A DNA stretch of 64,000 bases. It comes from Actinomycetota bacterium (lineage in GTDB: Bacteria > Actinomycetota > Acidimicrobiia > Acidimicrobiales > CADCTF01). Made by a program: the position numbers and the translations under genes. The DNA lies in assembly GCA_019348255.1 (NCBI GenBank), contig JAHWJU010000001.1, positions 2,900 through 66,899 of the forward strand, written 5' to 3'. Positions 9,118 to 17,612 of this stretch are shown piece by piece. Numbering within the stretch: the stretch's first letter is position 1; every line of letters begins with the position of its first letter. A model generated the notes under the pieces. That model was not told where the DNA came from and searched no databases. It worked only from the letters and a program-made list of their open reading frames with translations.

Positions 9118-10599
9118 TCACCGGCGCCCGGCGACGCGGGACAGGGGGCGGCCGGAGCCGTTGCCCCTGCGGTAGTAGTAGGCGTTCCTCGGCGACGGCT
9201 CACTGCGGTTCACGACCACGCCGATGGGTTTGGCGCCGACCTGCCTGAGCTGCTCCACCATGCTCCGGGTCGCCCTCCGCTTGGTGCTCGCCAGGTCGAC
9301 GACCAGCACCGTGGCGTCGCAGTGCGAGGCCACGGCGAGGGCGTCGGCGAACACGCTGGCGGCTGGGGTGTCCACCACGACCAGGCCGGCCCAGTCCAGG
9401 CGGGACAGGAGCTCGCTCAGCTCCTGGCTGCCCACGATGCGGGAGGCGTCGGTGACCGGCGAGCCGGCGGTGATGACGTGGAAGCCTTCGTGGTTGGGCG
9501 CTCGCTTCAGCACCTGGCCGAGGTCGGCACGTCCGCCGAGGAGCTCGGTGAGTCCGGGGGCAGCAGCGACGTCGAGGTAGTAGTGGGCGTTGGGCCTTCG
9601 AAGGTCGGCGTCCACCAGCACCACGGGGACGTCGAGGGTGGCCGCGGCACGGGCGAGGTTGACCGAGATGAACGACTTCCCTGCTCCCGGATCGACGCTG
9701 ACGACGGCCACGGTGCGGACCTGCTCGAGCGAATCCATGAACATGAGGTTGGTGCGCAGGGTCCGGAACGCCTCGAGCATCGTCTCCTCCCCGCGCGCCG
9801 GGATCCGGGCCAGGACGGGAAGGCCGGTGACGTCCGTGACCTCGAGTTCGGGATCCTCGCCGGAGAAGCGGTCGCTGAGGGCGGCGAGCACGACGGTGAG
9901 CTCGCTGTTGACGACCAGGGCCACGAGCAAGGCGAGGAGCGCGTCCCGGGCCGGCGCTGGGGACACGGGGCTGGGTTCGGAACGAGCGGGAGAGATCACA
10001 GCCAGGCGGTCCACCGGCTGCAGGCGCCGCTCCGTGGCCGAGCCCAGCAGGGCGGCATAGCGAGCCTGGAGGGGCGTCCGGTCGGGGGACCCGGGCTCCA
10101 GGGCGGCGAGACGGTCTCCCACCTCCTCGACTTCCGCCTCGAGGGGAGCCAGGGCCTCCTGCAGCGCCTCGTCCTGCTGCTCGGCCACTGCCGCGATGAG
10201 CGCCTGGGCCCCGGCGGCGGCCAGGTCCGTGGCGTCTCCGGGCGATGGGCCGGTGGCGGAGAGGGTGACGAACCCGACGTCGTCGTGGGCCCGGGCCTTC
10301 AGGCGCCGCACCGCTTCGGCGTTGGTGAGCGACAGGTCCGACTGCAGGGCGGCGTCGGCCACCACGGGCGGTGTCTCCGCCAGCTCGGCGTAGGTTCGGG
10401 TGAGGAAGAGGGTGTCGTCTCTGGTGACCGACTCTCCCGCCGTGGCCCGGCCCGAGGTGACGGCCAGGGTGGCGCTGGCTCGGAAGAGGTTCGGCCGGGT
10501 CAGGCTCCAGGAGCCGACCAGGACCGCGACCACGACCGACGCCCCCAGGATGCGCCAGCGGCGGCGCCAGATGGTGCGGAAGTGCTGGGAGAGTTCCAC
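9118..10599 (-). CDS. Polysaccharide co-polymerase (Wzz-like) fused to a BY-type tyrosine autokinase
   Basis: N-terminal TM 'ILGASVVVAVLVGSW' is followed by a coiled periplasmic-type region and a second TM. Motifs are Walker A 'DPGAGKS', Walker A' 'VVLVDADLRRP', Walker B 'LVVVDTPA' and a C-terminal Tyr cluster 'NAYYYRRG'. GTG at 10599 is preceded by 'GGAAACGGA'. Confidence 0.85.
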   Translation of the reverse strand: MELSQHFRTIWRRRWRILGASVVVAVLVGSWSLTRPNLFRASATLAVTSGRATAGESVTRDDTLFLTRTYAELAETPPVVADAALQSDLSLTNAEAVRRLKARAHDDVGFVTLSATGPSPGDATDLAAAGAQALIAAVAEQQDEALQEALAPLEAEVEEVGDRLAALEPGSPDRTPLQARYAALLGSATERRLQPVDRLAVISPARSEPSPVSPAPARDALLALLVALVVNSELTVVLAALSDRFSGEDPELEVTDVTGLPVLARIPARGEETMLEAFRTLRTNLMFMDSLEQVRTVAVVSVDPGAGKSFISVNLARAAATLDVPVVLVDADLRRPNAHYYLDVAAAPGLTELLGGRADLGQVLKRAPNHEGFHVITAGSPVTDASRIVGSQELSELLSRLDWAGLVVVDTPAASVFADALAVASHCDATVLVVDLASTKRRATRSMVEQLRQVGAKPIGVVVNRSEPSPRNAYYYRRGNGSGRPLSRVAGRR

Positions 10600-10705
10600 T
10601 CCGTTTCCACGGAGCCGATCCCACGACGGACCTCCTCCCTTACCGGCTCGCCGAGAAGGCGGACGGTGCCGCGAATCTCCTGTCGCGCCTTTCCGTATAC
10701 CGGCG

Positions 10706-12043
10706 ATGGTCATGACCCTCCGGGGTGCCCCCCCTGCCGTGCGGATGGCCCCGTTCGTGGTCGCCAACGTGGCGCTCGGGGGCCTCGTCCTCGCCGGCCT
10801 CGGTCCGTGGATCGTGGCGCTGGCGGTGGTCGCTCCCCTCGCTGTCGCCGTGGTCGGCCGACCTCAGCGAGGCCTGCTCCTGCTGGCGGTCCTGGCGCCG
10901 TTCAACGGGTTGCTCCTGGTCGTTCCCGCACCGGCCCTGGCCGTAGGCTGGAAGGAGGCGCTGGTGCTCCTGACGGTGGCAGCCACCTTCGTGGCCCCCC
11001 GCCATGCCCGAGGCCCCTCCCGCCGCCTGCCCTCGTGGAGCCCTGCCGTCGTTGGGCTCCTCGCTGTCGGCACGGTCTCGGCGGTCGTGGTGGGGGGCAT
11101 CCAGGCAGCGGTGGGCATGAAGGTGGTGTTCTTCTACGTCTTGGTGGCCGTGGCCGTCTGGCGCTGCCCCTTTGACGCCGCCGAGCGGGACCGCCTGGTG
11201 AGCGTGCTCATGGGCGGCGCCGTGGTCACCGCGGTGATCGGCCTGGGCCAGCAGGTCGTGGGCGCGGGCGCCCTGCACGCCCTCGGCTACGAGTACAACA
11301 CCACGCTGCGGACCACCGGCGGGCTGTTGCGATCGTTCGCCACGTTCAACCAACCGTTCGGCTTCGGCTTCTACCTCATGCTGGTGCTCCTCATCGGCAT
11401 ACCGGTCGCCCTGTCCGAGCCGAAGCGGTGGCGCAACCGGGCCTTCCTGGCCTCGGTGCCCCTCCTCGCCGTGGCGCTGGGCTTCACCTTCGTGCGTGGC
11501 GCCTGGATGGGCCTGGCCGTGGGTCTCGCCTACCTGGGCCTCGTGCGCCACCCGGTCCTGCTGCTCGGCATCCCCCTCGCCCTCCTGGCCCTTCTCTTCC
11601 TTCCCCAGGAGCTGGCCGGGCCGGCACTGTCGGCGTCGTCGTCGGTCGAGCGGGTGGAATCGTGGCAGGAACGGGTCTCGCAGGTTGCGGCGGCGCCGCT
11701 GGGGGCCGGCGTGGGCGTGACCGGCAGCGCCTCGGAGAAGGTGGCTGAGCTGCGGGGTGGGACTCATTACCAGCCGGACAACTACTACTTCAAGATCCTC
11801 ATCGAGCTCGGCGTGCTGGGGTTCTGGCTCTTGCTGCTGCTGGTGGCCTCGGTCTTCACCACCGCTCGGTCGGCATCTCGTCTGGGGGGCGAGCGCGGTG
11901 CCGTCGCCACCGGGGTGGCGGCAACGGTCCTGGCCGCGGCCGTGGCCTCGCTCGTGGCCACGTACCTGGAGATCTTTCCTATGGACCTGTACTTCTGGCT
12001 CCTCGCCGGGACGGTGTCGGTGTGGGCAGACGAGTCGCGCTGA
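10706..12043 (+). CDS. O-antigen ligase/polymerase family membrane protein (Wzy-like)
   Basis: The protein is polytopic and hydrophobic. The characteristic loop 'FTFVRGAWMGLAVGLAYLG' is present. ATG 10706 is in frame with track ORF 10400..12043. The gene is divergent from the BY-kinase gene. Confidence 0.75.
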   Translation: MVMTLRGAPPAVRMAPFVVANVALGGLVLAGLGPWIVALAVVAPLAVAVVGRPQRGLLLLAVLAPFNGLLLVVPAPALAVGWKEALVLLTVAATFVAPRHARGPSRRLPSWSPAVVGLLAVGTVSAVVVGGIQAAVGMKVVFFYVLVAVAVWRCPFDAAERDRLVSVLMGGAVVTAVIGLGQQVVGAGALHALGYEYNTTLRTTGGLLRSFATFNQPFGFGFYLMLVLLIGIPVALSEPKRWRNRAFLASVPLLAVALGFTFVRGAWMGLAVGLAYLGLVRHPVLLLGIPLALLALLFLPQELAGPALSASSSVERVESWQERVSQVAAAPLGAGVGVTGSASEKVAELRGGTHYQPDNYYFKILIELGVLGFWLLLLLVASVFTTARSASRLGGERGAVATGVAATVLAAAVASLVATYLEIFPMDLYFWLLAGTVSVWADESR

Positions 12044-13062
12044 ACGCGCTGTCCCTGCGGCCTGGGGGCGGAGGGGTGCAGACCTACATCCGCGAGCTCC
12101 TGCCCCCCTTGGCGGAGGCCGTGGACGCCGACGTCGTGGCGGCCGTCCAGAAGGATGTCCGCCACGAGCTCCCTGACGGCGTGGGCGCCCTGGTGCGACC
12201 CACGGCCGACGGCGTGGTACGGGCCCTGCACGGACTGCGATCGCTGGGCCCCGCCGACGTGGTCCACGGACTCGACGTCGACGTCCCCGCCTGGCGGCGG
12301 GGTCCGAGTGTCGCCACCGTGCACGACCTGGCCGTGTTCGACGTTCCCTGGGCCTTCTCCGGCCGGCGGGCCCGGGGCGAGCGGGCGCTGATCCGTCACT
12401 CCCTCGCGAGAGTCGACGCCGTCGTGGCCGTCTCCGCCTTCACCGCCGAGCGCGTGGCGGCCTGGTTCGGCCGCGCCGCCGTGGTGACGCCGCTGGCGCC
12501 TTCGACCGACCTGGCGCCGGCACCGGACGAGGAGGTGGAGCGACTGCGCGCCCGCTACCGGCTCCCGCCGCGCTTCGTGCTCCACGTGGGCACGCTGGAG
12601 CCGCGCAAGGACGTGACCACCCTGGCGTGGGCATGCCGCCAGGTGGGCCTCCCCCTCGTGCTGGCGGGCGCGGGGACCCGGAGCTTCCCGGCTCCCGGCA
12701 CCATCCGGCTGGGGTACGTGGCCCGGGAGAGCCTGGCTCCGCTCTACGGTTCCGCCACCGTGGTCGCCTACCCCTCCCGCTACGAGGGCTTCGGCCTTCC
12801 GCCCCTGGAGGCCATGGCCTGTGGGGCCGCGGTCGTGGCCAGTCGGGTGGCGTCGTTGCCGGAGGTGCTCGGAGACGCCGCCTGGCTGGTGCCTCCCGGG
12901 GACGGCGAGCGCCTGGCCGGGGCCATCAGGGAGGCGCTCGCCGACGACGAGCGTCGCCGGGAGATGGCCCGGGCGGGAACGGAGCGGGCTGCCGCCTTCA
13001 CGTGGACGGCGACGGCCTCGGCCACGGCGGCGGTCTATCGTTCCCTCGGCGTGTGCCTGTGA
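12022..13062 (+). CDS. Glycosyltransferase family 4
   Basis: 'YPSRYEGFGLPPLEAMACGAAVVASRVASLPEVLGDAAWLVPPGD' is present. The start overlaps the upstream gene end. Confidence 0.85.
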   Translation: MGRRVALNALSLRPGGGGVQTYIRELLPPLAEAVDADVVAAVQKDVRHELPDGVGALVRPTADGVVRALHGLRSLGPADVVHGLDVDVPAWRRGPSVATVHDLAVFDVPWAFSGRRARGERALIRHSLARVDAVVAVSAFTAERVAAWFGRAAVVTPLAPSTDLAPAPDEEVERLRARYRLPPRFVLHVGTLEPRKDVTTLAWACRQVGLPLVLAGAGTRSFPAPGTIRLGYVARESLAPLYGSATVVAYPSRYEGFGLPPLEAMACGAAVVASRVASLPEVLGDAAWLVPPGDGERLAGAIREALADDERRREMARAGTERAAAFTWTATASATAAVYRSLGVCL

Positions 13063-14588
13063 GGACGGAGGGGCCGCCTCCCCCGTCCCCCCGGCCGGTG
13101 GGGAGCTCCGGTGTGGAGGCGCCCTCGGGCCGAGACGCCGCCGACCCCGCCGAGACCGGGCGGAGCCGTCTGCTGGCCGACGCCGGGACCCTGCTCGCCG
13201 GTCGCCTGGCGGTGGCCGCCCTGGGGTGGGCCGGCACCCTCCTGATCGTCCGCAGCCTCAGCGTGGACGAGTTCGGGCGGTTCACGTTCATCTTCGGGTT
13301 CCTCGGCCTGGTGGCAACCCTCACCGAGTTCGGCATCGGGCGGGTCGCGGTCGCCGGCATCCTCGACGAGGAGCACGACCGGGGCGCCTTCGCCGGCGCC
13401 TACGTCCTGCTGCGTACGGCTCTGGGGCTGGGTGGCTACGTGGCGGCCGTGGCGGTGGTGGCACTGGCCGGCTACCCCGGTGACGTGATAGCGGGCACGG
13501 CGGTGGCCGCGCTGGCGCTGGTCATCGCCACGCCGTCCCACGCCTACGTCGCCGTCTTCCAGGCCGAGAACCGGCTCCGTCCCATCGCCACCGCCTCCCT
13601 CCTGGGGCAACTCAGCCAGATCGCCCTCACGGCGGCGATCGCCGCCGCCGGGGGGTCGATGCTGCTCTTCACCATCCCAGCGGTGGTGGGCGAGGTGGTG
13701 ATCATCGCCTGGCACTGGCGCTGCGCCCGCCGGCTGCTGGCCCTGCGCTACCGGCTGCTGTGGGGGGCGTGGGCCGGGTTGTTCCGAGAAGCAGTCCCAC
13801 TGGCCATCGGCGGGGCGATGGCCACCGCCTACTACCGCATCGACTCGGTGATGCTATCCAAGCTCGACACCTTTGCCGCGGTCGGCGTGTACGGGGTCGC
13901 CTACAAGTTCGTCGACGTCGTGCACTTCGTCTCCACGGCGGTGATGATCGCCACACTTCCGGTGCTGGTACGGGCCTGGCCCGAGCAGCCGGAGGCGTTC
14001 CGGGACGGTTTCCGACGGGCGTTCACCATCTTGATGCTGGCCGCGGTGCTGGTCGTGGCCGAGTTCCTGCTGTTCGCCGAGCCCGTGATCGCGACCCTGT
14101 ACGGACCCGAGTACCGGGCCGGCGCCGACGCCACCCGGGTCGTCGTGGCCGCAGAGTGCATCGCCTTCTTCGGCAGCCTGGCGTTCACCGCCCTGGTCGC
14201 GGCCGGTCGCCACCGGCTCTACCCGTTTGCGACGTTCGTCGGCGTGGTGCTGAACGTTGGGCTCAACCTCTGGCTGATCCGGGCGTGGTCGTACCAGGGC
14301 GCGGCGATCACCACCCTGGTCACCGAGGTGGTGGTGGTCGGCCTGCTGTGGGCCATCCTCCTGCGCCAGCCCGGCCTGCGGCCCTCCCGGCTGGGGCGCG
14401 CCGCACGCGCCCTGCCCTGCGGCGTGGCTGCCGTACTCGCCGGCGCTCTCCTGGACCGGCTACTACCGTGGCCGTTGGCCGCCGTCGGCACCGCCGTGGT
14501 CTTCGTCGCCGTGGTGGAGGTGGCCGGGGCAGCGGGGGCCGGTGGCCTGCGAGCGCTGGCGGGTCGTGCCACGGAGCCAAGCAGCTGA
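13059..14588 (+). CDS. Polysaccharide flippase (Wzx/MOP superfamily)
   Basis: About 12 hydrophobic segments are visible. The N-terminus 'LLADAGTLLAGRLAVAALGWAGTLLIVRSLSVDEFGRFTFIFGF' is typical of polysaccharide biosynthesis (PST) proteins. GTG 13059 forms a GTGA overlap with the GT4 stop. Confidence 0.8.
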   Translation: MRTEGPPPPSPRPVGSSGVEAPSGRDAADPAETGRSRLLADAGTLLAGRLAVAALGWAGTLLIVRSLSVDEFGRFTFIFGFLGLVATLTEFGIGRVAVAGILDEEHDRGAFAGAYVLLRTALGLGGYVAAVAVVALAGYPGDVIAGTAVAALALVIATPSHAYVAVFQAENRLRPIATASLLGQLSQIALTAAIAAAGGSMLLFTIPAVVGEVVIIAWHWRCARRLLALRYRLLWGAWAGLFREAVPLAIGGAMATAYYRIDSVMLSKLDTFAAVGVYGVAYKFVDVVHFVSTAVMIATLPVLVRAWPEQPEAFRDGFRRAFTILMLAAVLVVAEFLLFAEPVIATLYGPEYRAGADATRVVVAAECIAFFGSLAFTALVAAGRHRLYPFATFVGVVLNVGLNLWLIRAWSYQGAAITTLVTEVVVVGLLWAILLRQPGLRPSRLGRAARALPCGVAAVLAGALLDRLLPWPLAAVGTAVVFVAVVEVAGAAGAGGLRALAGRATEPSS

Positions 14589-15745
14589 TGCGCCTGGTCG
14601 CCATATCGCACACGGGACAGGCCTCGGGCGCCGAGCGAGTACTGGTCCGAGCCCTCGGCGAGGCGGTGGAGGTGGGGTGGGAGGTGAGCTGCCTCAGCCC
14701 CGACGGGCCGCTCGTCAGCCTCTTGGCCGATGCCGGCGTAGACCGCCGTCGGTCACCGGAGCTCACCTTGCCCCGTGGCCCCCGCCACCTGGCCGTCCTC
14801 GCCCTGTTCCTCAGGTGGCTGCGAGCCGTCGTGTCCGTGCGCCGGGCCAGCGTGGACGCCGATGTCGTCGTGGTCAACGGCCTCCTGGCCCTGCCGGTGC
14901 TCCGCCTGGCCCGGGCCGGGCTCCGGGCCCGGGTGGCGTGGCTGGTGCACGACGTCATCGTCCGTCCCGACCGGCTCACCCTGCTCCGGGGCTGCGCGCC
15001 AGCCGTCGACGTGGCGATCTGTGTCTCCTCGGCGGTGGAGCGAGCTCTGTCCCCCTACGGCCTCGCCACCCGGGTCGTGCACACGGGCACCCCCTGGCCA
15101 GTCGAGGCCGTACCCCCGGAGCCCCCCTCCCCTCCGGTCGTCGGCTGCAACGCTGTGCTCACCTCCTGGAAGGGTCAGGACGTGCTCCTGGACGCCGTTG
15201 CCGCCATCCCCCGGCGGGACGTCGTCGTCGAGCTCATGGGAGGGCGATTTCCCAAGGACGGCGACTACGTCGCCGCTCTCGAGGCTCGTGCGGCTCGTCC
15301 CGATCTCGCCGGGCGGGTCCGCTTCCTGGGCCACGTGCCCGATCCCCTCCGCCGGATGCGGTCCTGGACGGTCATGGTCTCACCGAGCACCGATCCCGAG
15401 GCGGGCCCGCTGAGCGTGATGGAGGCCATGAGCATCGGGCTTCCCGTGGTCGCCACCGCCCACGGAGGGGTGATGGAGATCCTGGGCGACGCCGGCTTGA
15501 CCGTGCCCCCCCGCCGCGTCGGTGCCCTCGCTGGCGCCATCCAGGACGTGCTCGAGAACCCGAGGCGGTTCCGCGGCGAGGGCGCTCCCGGTCGGACCCT
15601 CGTGGCCCGCGGGTTCTGCCTGGACGCGCAAGTGCGAGCGCTGCTCGAGACCCTGCAGGAGGAGAACGGAACCCGGGACGGCAGCGACCGGCAGGTCGGC
15701 GAGGAGTCGGGCGGGTGCGGGCGAGGGTCCCTGGGCGCCCGCTGA
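14588..15745 (+). CDS. Glycosyltransferase family 4
   Basis: 'MRLVAISHTGQASGAERVLVR...' and 'STDPEAGPLSVMEAMSIGLPVVATAHGGVMEILGDAGLTV' are present. The ATG overlaps the flippase stop (TGATG). Confidence 0.85.
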   Translation: MRLVAISHTGQASGAERVLVRALGEAVEVGWEVSCLSPDGPLVSLLADAGVDRRRSPELTLPRGPRHLAVLALFLRWLRAVVSVRRASVDADVVVVNGLLALPVLRLARAGLRARVAWLVHDVIVRPDRLTLLRGCAPAVDVAICVSSAVERALSPYGLATRVVHTGTPWPVEAVPPEPPSPPVVGCNAVLTSWKGQDVLLDAVAAIPRRDVVVELMGGRFPKDGDYVAALEARAARPDLAGRVRFLGHVPDPLRRMRSWTVMVSPSTDPEAGPLSVMEAMSIGLPVVATAHGGVMEILGDAGLTVPPRRVGALAGAIQDVLENPRRFRGEGAPGRTLVARGFCLDAQVRALLETLQEENGTRDGSDRQVGEESGGCGRGSLGAR

Positions 15746-15746
15746 C

Positions 15747-16064
15747 TCAATCGGGCTGAAACTCGCCCTCGCCCCCGTGCTCCCGTTCCTCCTGCTCGAA
15801 GACCCGTACCTCGTCGACGATCCGCCGCCAGAGCTCGTCGGGGGGTCGAGGTGCCGTGGGGAGCGTGCCCGCGGCCTCCCGCAGCTGCGCCAGTTCCCGT
15901 CGACAGGGGGCGCATCCTTCGAGGTGGGCCTCGATGGCCACTCGCTCGGCCCCTTCCACCGCGCCCAGCGCGTAAGCGCCCAGGAGCGCCTGCAGCTCGG
16001 AGTGGCCTCCGGCGTCCATCATCGACTCGGGATCCGCCGGACCCGGCCGTGACCACGGCTCCAC
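15747..16064 (-). CDS. Zinc-binding anti-sigma factor (ZAS / zf-HC2), soluble, no TM segment
   Basis: 'LGAYALGAVEGAERVAIEAHLEGCAPCRRELAQLRE' carries the H-x3-C-x2-C signature. The product is 91-105 aa depending on the start (ATG 16064 or 16022). There is no sigma gene immediately upstream on the same strand. Confidence 0.65.
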   Translation of the reverse strand: MEPWSRPGPADPESMMDAGGHSELQALLGAYALGAVEGAERVAIEAHLEGCAPCRRELAQLREAAGTLPTAPRPPDELWRRIVDEVRVFEQEEREHGGEGEFQPD

Positions 16065-16296
16065 CCTGGTCCGGCGAGGGATCGAGTGGATGCCAGGTGA
16101 GACATGGAGACCTTCCGAGAGCGACGTGTCTCCTCTGCGTCCTCCAGCGTGCCATAGCTGTGGACGACGAGGCGATCACCTCGCCAACTGGTCGGCTCGG
16201 GTGCGGATCCCGGCTGAGCTGCGTGCCGGGAGGCCCACCTCGTGATCCGCTGCGCCCGTCGCTTCGTACTGGCACGAGGCGAGGGAAGGACGGGAC

Positions 16297-16863
16297 TTGG
16301 AGACCAGGGTGAGGCGACGGGCGCGACGAGGACGGCCGGCAGGACGATCCGGAACCAGGACTGCCCGGCCGCTCGCGTCCGCGGCCCTCGTGGTGGTCCT
16401 GCTCGGGGCGGTCGGGTCGGCGGGCCCGGCGCTCGCCCAGGACTACGTCGGTGCATCGCCGGGCGGTGGAGGGGAGGTGAGGCCCCCCACCGGTCCCGGA
16501 GCGGGCGGCGGGGACGGCGACGCGGCTCGCGGCCCGGGTCCCGACCAAGGCGGCGACTACGTCGGGCTCGCCCCGGACCCGGGCCAAACCGGCGACTACG
16601 TCGGCCTCCCCGGCCCGGCCCGAGCCGGCGACGACCGTGGTGTGGACGTGACGGGCGCGGCGGCGCGCCGCAGCCCGGGGGCGGCCGGCGTCGGCGGCGG
16701 AGCATCCGGCCGGGACGACAGACGGCTCGCCCGGACGGGCACTGACGAGGCGACGGTCGCGATGCAGGCCAGCCCGGTGAGCGCGAGCGACGGGGTGGTG
16801 CTGGCCGGGCTCGGCTTGGCCGGACTGGTCCTCGTCGCCCGGCGGGCCCGAATGCGGAAGTAG
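16297..16863 (+). CDS. Secreted Gly/Pro/Asp-rich protein with a C-terminal LAxTG-type sorting signal
   Basis: The N-terminus 'RRRARRGRP...LASAALVVVLLGAVGSAGPALA|QD' is signal-peptide-like with a twin-Arg. The 'DYVG' unit occurs three times. The C-terminus has 'LARTG', then the hydrophobic 'VVLAGLGLAGLVLVA' and the basic tail 'RRARMRK'. The start is TTG 16297 (after 'GGGAAGGA') or GTG 16309. Confidence 0.6.
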   Translation: METRVRRRARRGRPAGRSGTRTARPLASAALVVVLLGAVGSAGPALAQDYVGASPGGGGEVRPPTGPGAGGGDGDAARGPGPDQGGDYVGLAPDPGQTGDYVGLPGPARAGDDRGVDVTGAAARRSPGAAGVGGGASGRDDRRLARTGTDEATVAMQASPVSASDGVVLAGLGLAGLVLVARRARMRK

Positions 16864-16873
16864 CCCTCGAACC

Positions 16874-17539
16874 GTGAAAGCGAATGTCTTCAACCTGGCA
16901 GCCGCACGAGACGACCGTCTGCGGAACACCGGCGCCGACGCGCCCGTCCTCGTCGTCGGAGACAACGCCGCCGACGTCCGCCTCCTGGCGCGGTTCCTGA
17001 AGCGGCTCGACTGCAGCACCGTCGCCACCGCGGCCGACGCCCGAACCGCGGTGCGGGCCCATCTGGCGCTCCGGACGGAGGTGGTGGTGGTCGACGTCGA
17101 CATGAAGGGAGCCGACGTATTCGAGGTGATGGAGCAACTGCAGTGCGCTACGTCTCCCGACGCCCGACCCCCGGTGTTCGTGCTCACCGGCGAAATGTCG
17201 CCGCAAGCCAGGGAGGACGCGGTGGCGGGGGGAGTGAAGGGCTTCTTGAAGAAGCCACTCGACTACAGCGAGGTGGCGGTGTGCATCTCGAACCTGCTCG
17301 AGACCCGTGCCCTCCGCCTGCAGTTGACGCAGATGGCGAAGGGCATCAGCAACTGCATGTCGGTCATCAGGAACTACGCCGGGTTCGTGATCAGTGGAAT
17401 CGATCAGAGGGCGGATCGGGGCGAGCAGGGATGGTCCGAGATCCGTCGTGACGCCGAGGAGATCCAGTTGGCGGTGGAGAGGTCGGCGGCCTATAGCAAC
17501 CACGTGCTGCGGCACCGGAGCGCGGGGGCAGGGACCTGA
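16874..17539 (+). CDS. Response-regulator receiver domain fused to a degenerate DHp-like helix pair (no phospho-acceptor His, no ATPase domain)
   Basis: REC landmarks are 'VLVVGDN', 'VVVVDVDMKGADV', 'VFVLTGE' and 'FLKKPL'. The C-terminal 'QMAKGISNCMSVIRNYAGFV...DAEEIQLAVERSAAYSNHVL' aligns by eye to the HisKA consensus 'AHDFNNLLTVIxGYAELL...EI..A.ERAA.LT..LL', with Lys where His is expected. Confidence 0.65.
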   Translation: MKANVFNLAAARDDRLRNTGADAPVLVVGDNAADVRLLARFLKRLDCSTVATAADARTAVRAHLALRTEVVVVDVDMKGADVFEVMEQLQCATSPDARPPVFVLTGEMSPQAREDAVAGGVKGFLKKPLDYSEVAVCISNLLETRALRLQLTQMAKGISNCMSVIRNYAGFVISGIDQRADRGEQGWSEIRRDAEEIQLAVERSAAYSNHVLRHRSAGAGT

Positions 17540-17612
17540 AGCTCATGGTGAGGCACGCCGGGGGTGGCGGCACCAGGGGCGCCGTTCGCCGTCCGAGCGC
17601 AGGGAGCGACCG

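Noticed and set aside
15265-17187. Very long ORFs on the strand opposite to motif-bearing genes. Examples: 15265..17187(-), 16019..17515(-), 298..1518(-), 1515..2984(-), 4041..5780(-), 7444..9057(-), 9322..11175(+), 22711..24069(-), 25728..27395(+), 33451..35133(-), 40466..42172(+), 41949..43322(-), 45114..46379(+), 46955..48886(+).
   Set aside because: Their translations are Arg/Pro/Gly/Ala-dominated low-complexity strings with no recognisable motifs. They lie antisense to ORFs with clear catalytic signatures. Stop-poor alternative frames are expected in DNA this GC-rich.
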